This document shows, piece by piece, positions 60,001-64,000 of a DNA stretch of 64,000 bases. Under the pieces are notes generated by a model. It was not told the DNA's origin. It searched no databases and saw nothing but the letters and a program-made list of their open reading frames with translations. The stretch comes from Rhizaria sp. SCN 62-66 (lineage: Eukaryota), in the NCBI GenBank assembly GCA_001724265.1, contig MEDY01000090.1, positions 1 through 64,000 of the forward strand, given 5' to 3'. Within the stretch, counting starts at the first letter, position 1. Each line of letters opens with the position of its first letter. The position numbers and the translations under genes were made by a program.

Positions 60001-63000
60001 GCGACTTCCGCCGCTGCCACCGCCGTTGCCATTCCTGTTACCGCGTTCGTTGTCGCTGATGCTGGTCCTCTCAAGTCAACAGTGGACTCCGGCGTTGTAG
60101 GCCCACTCCCAGGCAACACAAGTGCGACCGCTGCTCCCCAAGACGCCGGCGCTCTCAGCGCCAGCCCCGCTCTTGCTCCCATTTTTCCTGCCGCCCTCGA
60201 CCTCGCCAGCGCCAACAACCCCGTCAGTGCCAGAGCCAGCGCCAGTGCCAGTGCCAGAGCCGCCAATGGGCGTGGGCGTGGGCGCGGGGATGCCGCGCTC
60301 TCTGTGAGTGTAAAGCGCGACAGCTGGAGCGTCCTTCCCCGCCATGTTGGCGACGACGATGATCAGAGCCACAGCCAACGGCACGTCAGCAGCAGCGAGA
60401 GCAACAACAGCAAGACGACGAGCGTGAACGTGATGAACGCCATGTCTGTTATCTTGATGGGCGACAATGACGACGACGAGAACGACTTTGTGGGCAGGAC
60501 TTATAACAGCGAAGACATTCCGCCTTTTGCCGAGCTGCCACTCGAGCAAAAGCAGACTGCGCTCCAGACCTCTCCACAAAGTGACTCTCCAGCCCAGCGC
60601 CTCGCGGTGCGGAGTGCGGGCGCGCGCGCTGGCGACTCGCGCAAGCGCACCGCGCCGTCCCCCACTGCCGAGTCTGACAGCGCTGGCCCCAGCCCGCAGA
60701 GCACCGCGGGCGCGAGCGCGAATCTCACGAGTGCGCAGGGTAGGGCTGCTAAGGCGCGCGCGGCGGCGGCACGACGAAAAGTTGTGACAGCCGCTGCTGC
60801 CGCCGCTGCTGCTGCTTCTGCCTCTGCTGATGATGCCACCGTCGCTGCTGAGAAGACGCGTGCAAAGGGCCGGCCGAGGGCCCTTGGTGCCAGTCGTAAC
60901 GGGAGCACCCAGCGCAAGAGCGCAGCGAGCTCGGTCTATTCATCTTCTGATAGCTCTGGCGCGGACTCAAGCTCTGGCTCGGGCTCTAATTCGAGCTCTA
61001 GGTCTAGCTCAAACTCTAGCCCAAATTCTAGCTCGAAATCTGGCTCCTCTTCAAGCTCTAGCTCTAATTCTTCCAACAACAACAGCAGCAGCAGCACCAG
61101 CAGCAGCAGCGGCGACAGCAGCAGTAGTAGTAGCAGTAGTAGCAGTAGTAGTAGCAGCAGCAGCAGCAGCAGCAGCAGTAGCGGCAGCGACGGCAGCGGC
61201 AGCGGCAGCGACAGCTCCCCCCCTAAGTCCCCTTCGAACCGCTCCCGCTCTCGCTCCCGCAGCTCCACTGCGACTACCAGCAGCAACAGCAGCAGCGGCA
61301 ACAGCAGCTGCAGCCGCAGTGCTAGTGCTAATGCCAGTGTCAGTGCCAGCGCCAACAACAGCGACATTGCCAGCGCCAGTGACAGAGACGCTGAGAACGC
61401 GGTTGAGCCCCCGATCGACGTCATGCCGCAGTTTCCTTTTGCTTCGCGTGCGTTTTTTCTCTCCCGGAACGGGGCGTCTCAGGCGGCGCAGTTTCTTGAC
61501 TCCGAAATGGTCAAATTTGCGCGGAGTGTGTCGGTGGCGCCTCCGTTTGCGAAGAGTGTGCCGCCGCACAGTCACCCCGCTCACCACAAGCCCCGCGCTG
61601 TCAAAAACGCTGCCGCTGCTGCCGCGACCGCGGCTGCCTCGGCTGCCGCAGCATCCGGCAACAGCAACAGCGCTAACCTGAGCGCTATCAGCAGTTCGAC
61701 GACATTGCAGCAGCAACAGATCAATGCGTTCATTCTCGTGAGCTGCTTTTTCAAGCGCAACGCCAACGGCCCTTTGCGCTATCTATTGCGCATGACTCCG
61801 CGTCGTCTGCCGCACCCGGTGACCGTGAGCACGCTGCACGGTCTTTTTGGCTCTGCGTACACGCGACAAGACACGCTGGACAGTCTCGACGACACGCGCA
61901 AGCTCACGTCCGACGCGATTGACATCTGCTTCGCCCGGGTTTGGCAGCGGATCACTCTGTTGCCGTACGAGGAAGCGCTCATCCACATGATTCGCCAGGT
62001 CCAGCAAGAGCGCAAGCGGAAACGCCAACTGCAGCGTAATACGCCGCAGTCTCAGCAGTCTCAGCAGTCTCAGCAGTCTCAGCAGCGGCAGGCCGAGCAG
62101 GGCGCATTGCCGCACTGCGACGTAGCTGCGCTGCGCGTCCGCGGCCAAGCCGACCGGGACGCCGCCGCCCGCGAGCACCGCCAGGGCCTGCGCATGATCA
62201 GCACGCTGCTCAACCACAAGCTCGGCTCCACGCTCGGCGACATCAACACCGACACGAACGCGCGACGCGAGCTGTGGTTGACGCTGCACGAACAGGCCAC
62301 GGTCGCGGACAGGACGCTGCCGGTGTATGTGACGCGCCGGGAGCGGGAAGCCCAGCGTGAGTGCGACGCGCGCGTCGGCAGGCAGCTGGCGCTGATGAAG
62401 GCGGCCGTCGCGCGCCACAGCGCGGCCTACCCACCCCGCGCGCTGGCGGCTGCGACGGCGCTGGCGCAGACGACTGCGGCCGCCGAGCGGCAGCCGGTGG
62501 CGGAGACTGCTTGGATGAAGCAAGAGAGCAGCGACTCATCTTCACCCCTTGTTTCGCGTGTTGAGGTGGAGTTCAGTGCGCTGTGTGTACCGTTGTCGCA
62601 CGTTGTTGCCGATGACGCAGTTGTGGCTTCGCTCAGTCAGTCTGAGCTGATAGCACTGAAGGCGCTTGCATTGCTGACTCACGCTTTTACTCCAGACGTG
62701 TACTCATCGCCACCCAAGACTGCTAACACGAACTCGACTGTCGGCGCGAATACGATCGCTAGTCCCACTAAGAATGCTTACAGCTCTCCTGCTCGCCCCA
62801 ACTCTGGTGTCGGTACCTCTACTGCTACCAAGACCAAAGGTGTCGAGAGTCTGGTTCCACTCTCTATCGCCCCCTTGCCTCTCGGCTGGCAATACCCGTC
62901 CACGAGCACGCTCGTGACGGGCCACGCGTGTCCGTTTCGCCGCACGCCGGTGCTGCTGCGGCCCAGTCAAGCCGCTGTGCGCATGCGCTACCTCGCGCTC

Positions 63001-64000
63001 GCGCTCGGCGGCGGCAAAAGCAGCAAGAGCAACGACGGCAACAACATTGGCACCGGAGACGGTGGTGACGACCAGCAGCTGCAGCAATGGCCCGTGAGGC
63101 GTCGTGGCGAGTGTGCTTCGTGGAGCCAGAGCGTGGACATCGCGATCCACACGCTCACCCAGCTGTACAACAACATCACTAGCAGCGAGAGCAAGATCAC
63201 GCTGACTGGCTGCGCAAGGACTGACGAGTTTCCCCGCGCTGGTGTGCGCGCCGCGAGTGCGCGTTCGCGCCCGGAAGATCCGAGCAGCCGTGCGCTGCGC
63301 TACTTCGTGATGCACACCGCCTCGCTGCTCAAGTCGAGTCAATCCCGCCAAGATTTGCCTCCCAAGCCAGAGAAGCTCGCAGTTGCACGCAACACGATGC
63401 GTATCCTGCTGGCTGATTCTTCCCCCAGTGCTGTTTCGCCACCGACGCCAACAAAGGAGACGGCAACGAACGGCGCACGCTACTCGAGCTCTCGCGCTTC
63501 CCAAGGTCCCCACCCTTCTTCTCGTTCGAGGGGTAGTGCGACTGCTGGTCAGATGACACTCGCAAGCGTCCGCGCCAGCAGCGTGCGCGCTCGCGGCGCA
63601 TCGATGGCTGATTCCGACAGCGATGACGACGGCAACAGCAACGTGAGCGCCCAAGATAAGTGGCTCGATACCTTTGCTCCCCGCCTGCTTGCAAACTATG
63701 CGAGTGATAGCTATCGAGCCAAGGCTGCCAGCCGCGCCGACGTGACCGAGGCCGAGCTCTGGGGCCAGCTGCTTTCAGTGCAAACACGCCGTCACCTCGC
63801 CCGCTCCCGCTGGCTCAACGAGCTTCTGGGGTACTTACACCCCGTGACCGCGGCGCGCCTAAGGGCCAGGCTGTTTGCCCTGCCGACAATCGCGACTGCG
63901 AGTGTTATCAACGCGGAGGGCACCTACGGGTACTTAGACATTCTAAGGGCCATCTCGCGCGTGGACGTCATTGAGTACGAATACCTGCTTATCCCTGTTC
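54553..64000 (+). CDS. Giant low-complexity protein (>3,100 aa, runs off the window), possibly with a split Ulp1/SENP-like peptidase domain
   Basis: ORFs 54553..57351 and 57448..59232 and the frame beyond 59233 are one frame, broken only by TAGs at 57349 and 59230. TRQDTLDSLDDTRKLTSDAIDICF and VDVIEYEYLLIPV weakly resemble C48 peptidase motifs. Confidence 0.65.

Noticed and set aside
61081-61210. AGC/AGT, CAG, AAC and GCT triplet runs as repeat arrays or CRISPR
   Set aside because: They are coding homopolymer tracts (Ser, Gln, Asn, Ala) with no repeat-spacer structure.

Overview
Eukaryotic (protist-like) nuclear DNA. GC-rich coding regions full of low-complexity inserts alternate with AT-rich intergenic DNA and spliceosomal introns of about 130-240 nt, mostly with GTACGY donors. 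About 12 protein genes are present: an unknown ORF inside a ~400-bp inverted repeat that carries two identical atypical tRNA-Trp(CCA) genes, a ~5,000-aa MORN/ankyrin/FYVE protein, GCNA/SprT, ARMC1-like, ITPA, PIG-A, MAM33-like, an XBP1/HAC1-like bZIP, a giant RNase Z, OGFr-like, an ankyrin protein, and a >3,100-aa ORF with a possible Ulp1-like domain. Two main findings. (1) TAG behaves as a sense codon, most likely Gln: at least 10 in-frame TAGs in five genes, including inside CAG runs and upstream of conserved PIG-A motifs, while modelled gene ends use TAA or TGA. (2) The bZIP gene has a ~1.2-kb dual-coding region. Its frame switch sits in a long bifurcated stem-loop with two CNN|CUGU loops 14 nt apart, a candidate divergent IRE1-type unconventional intron. 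All calls come from reading the sequence by eye; no searches were run.
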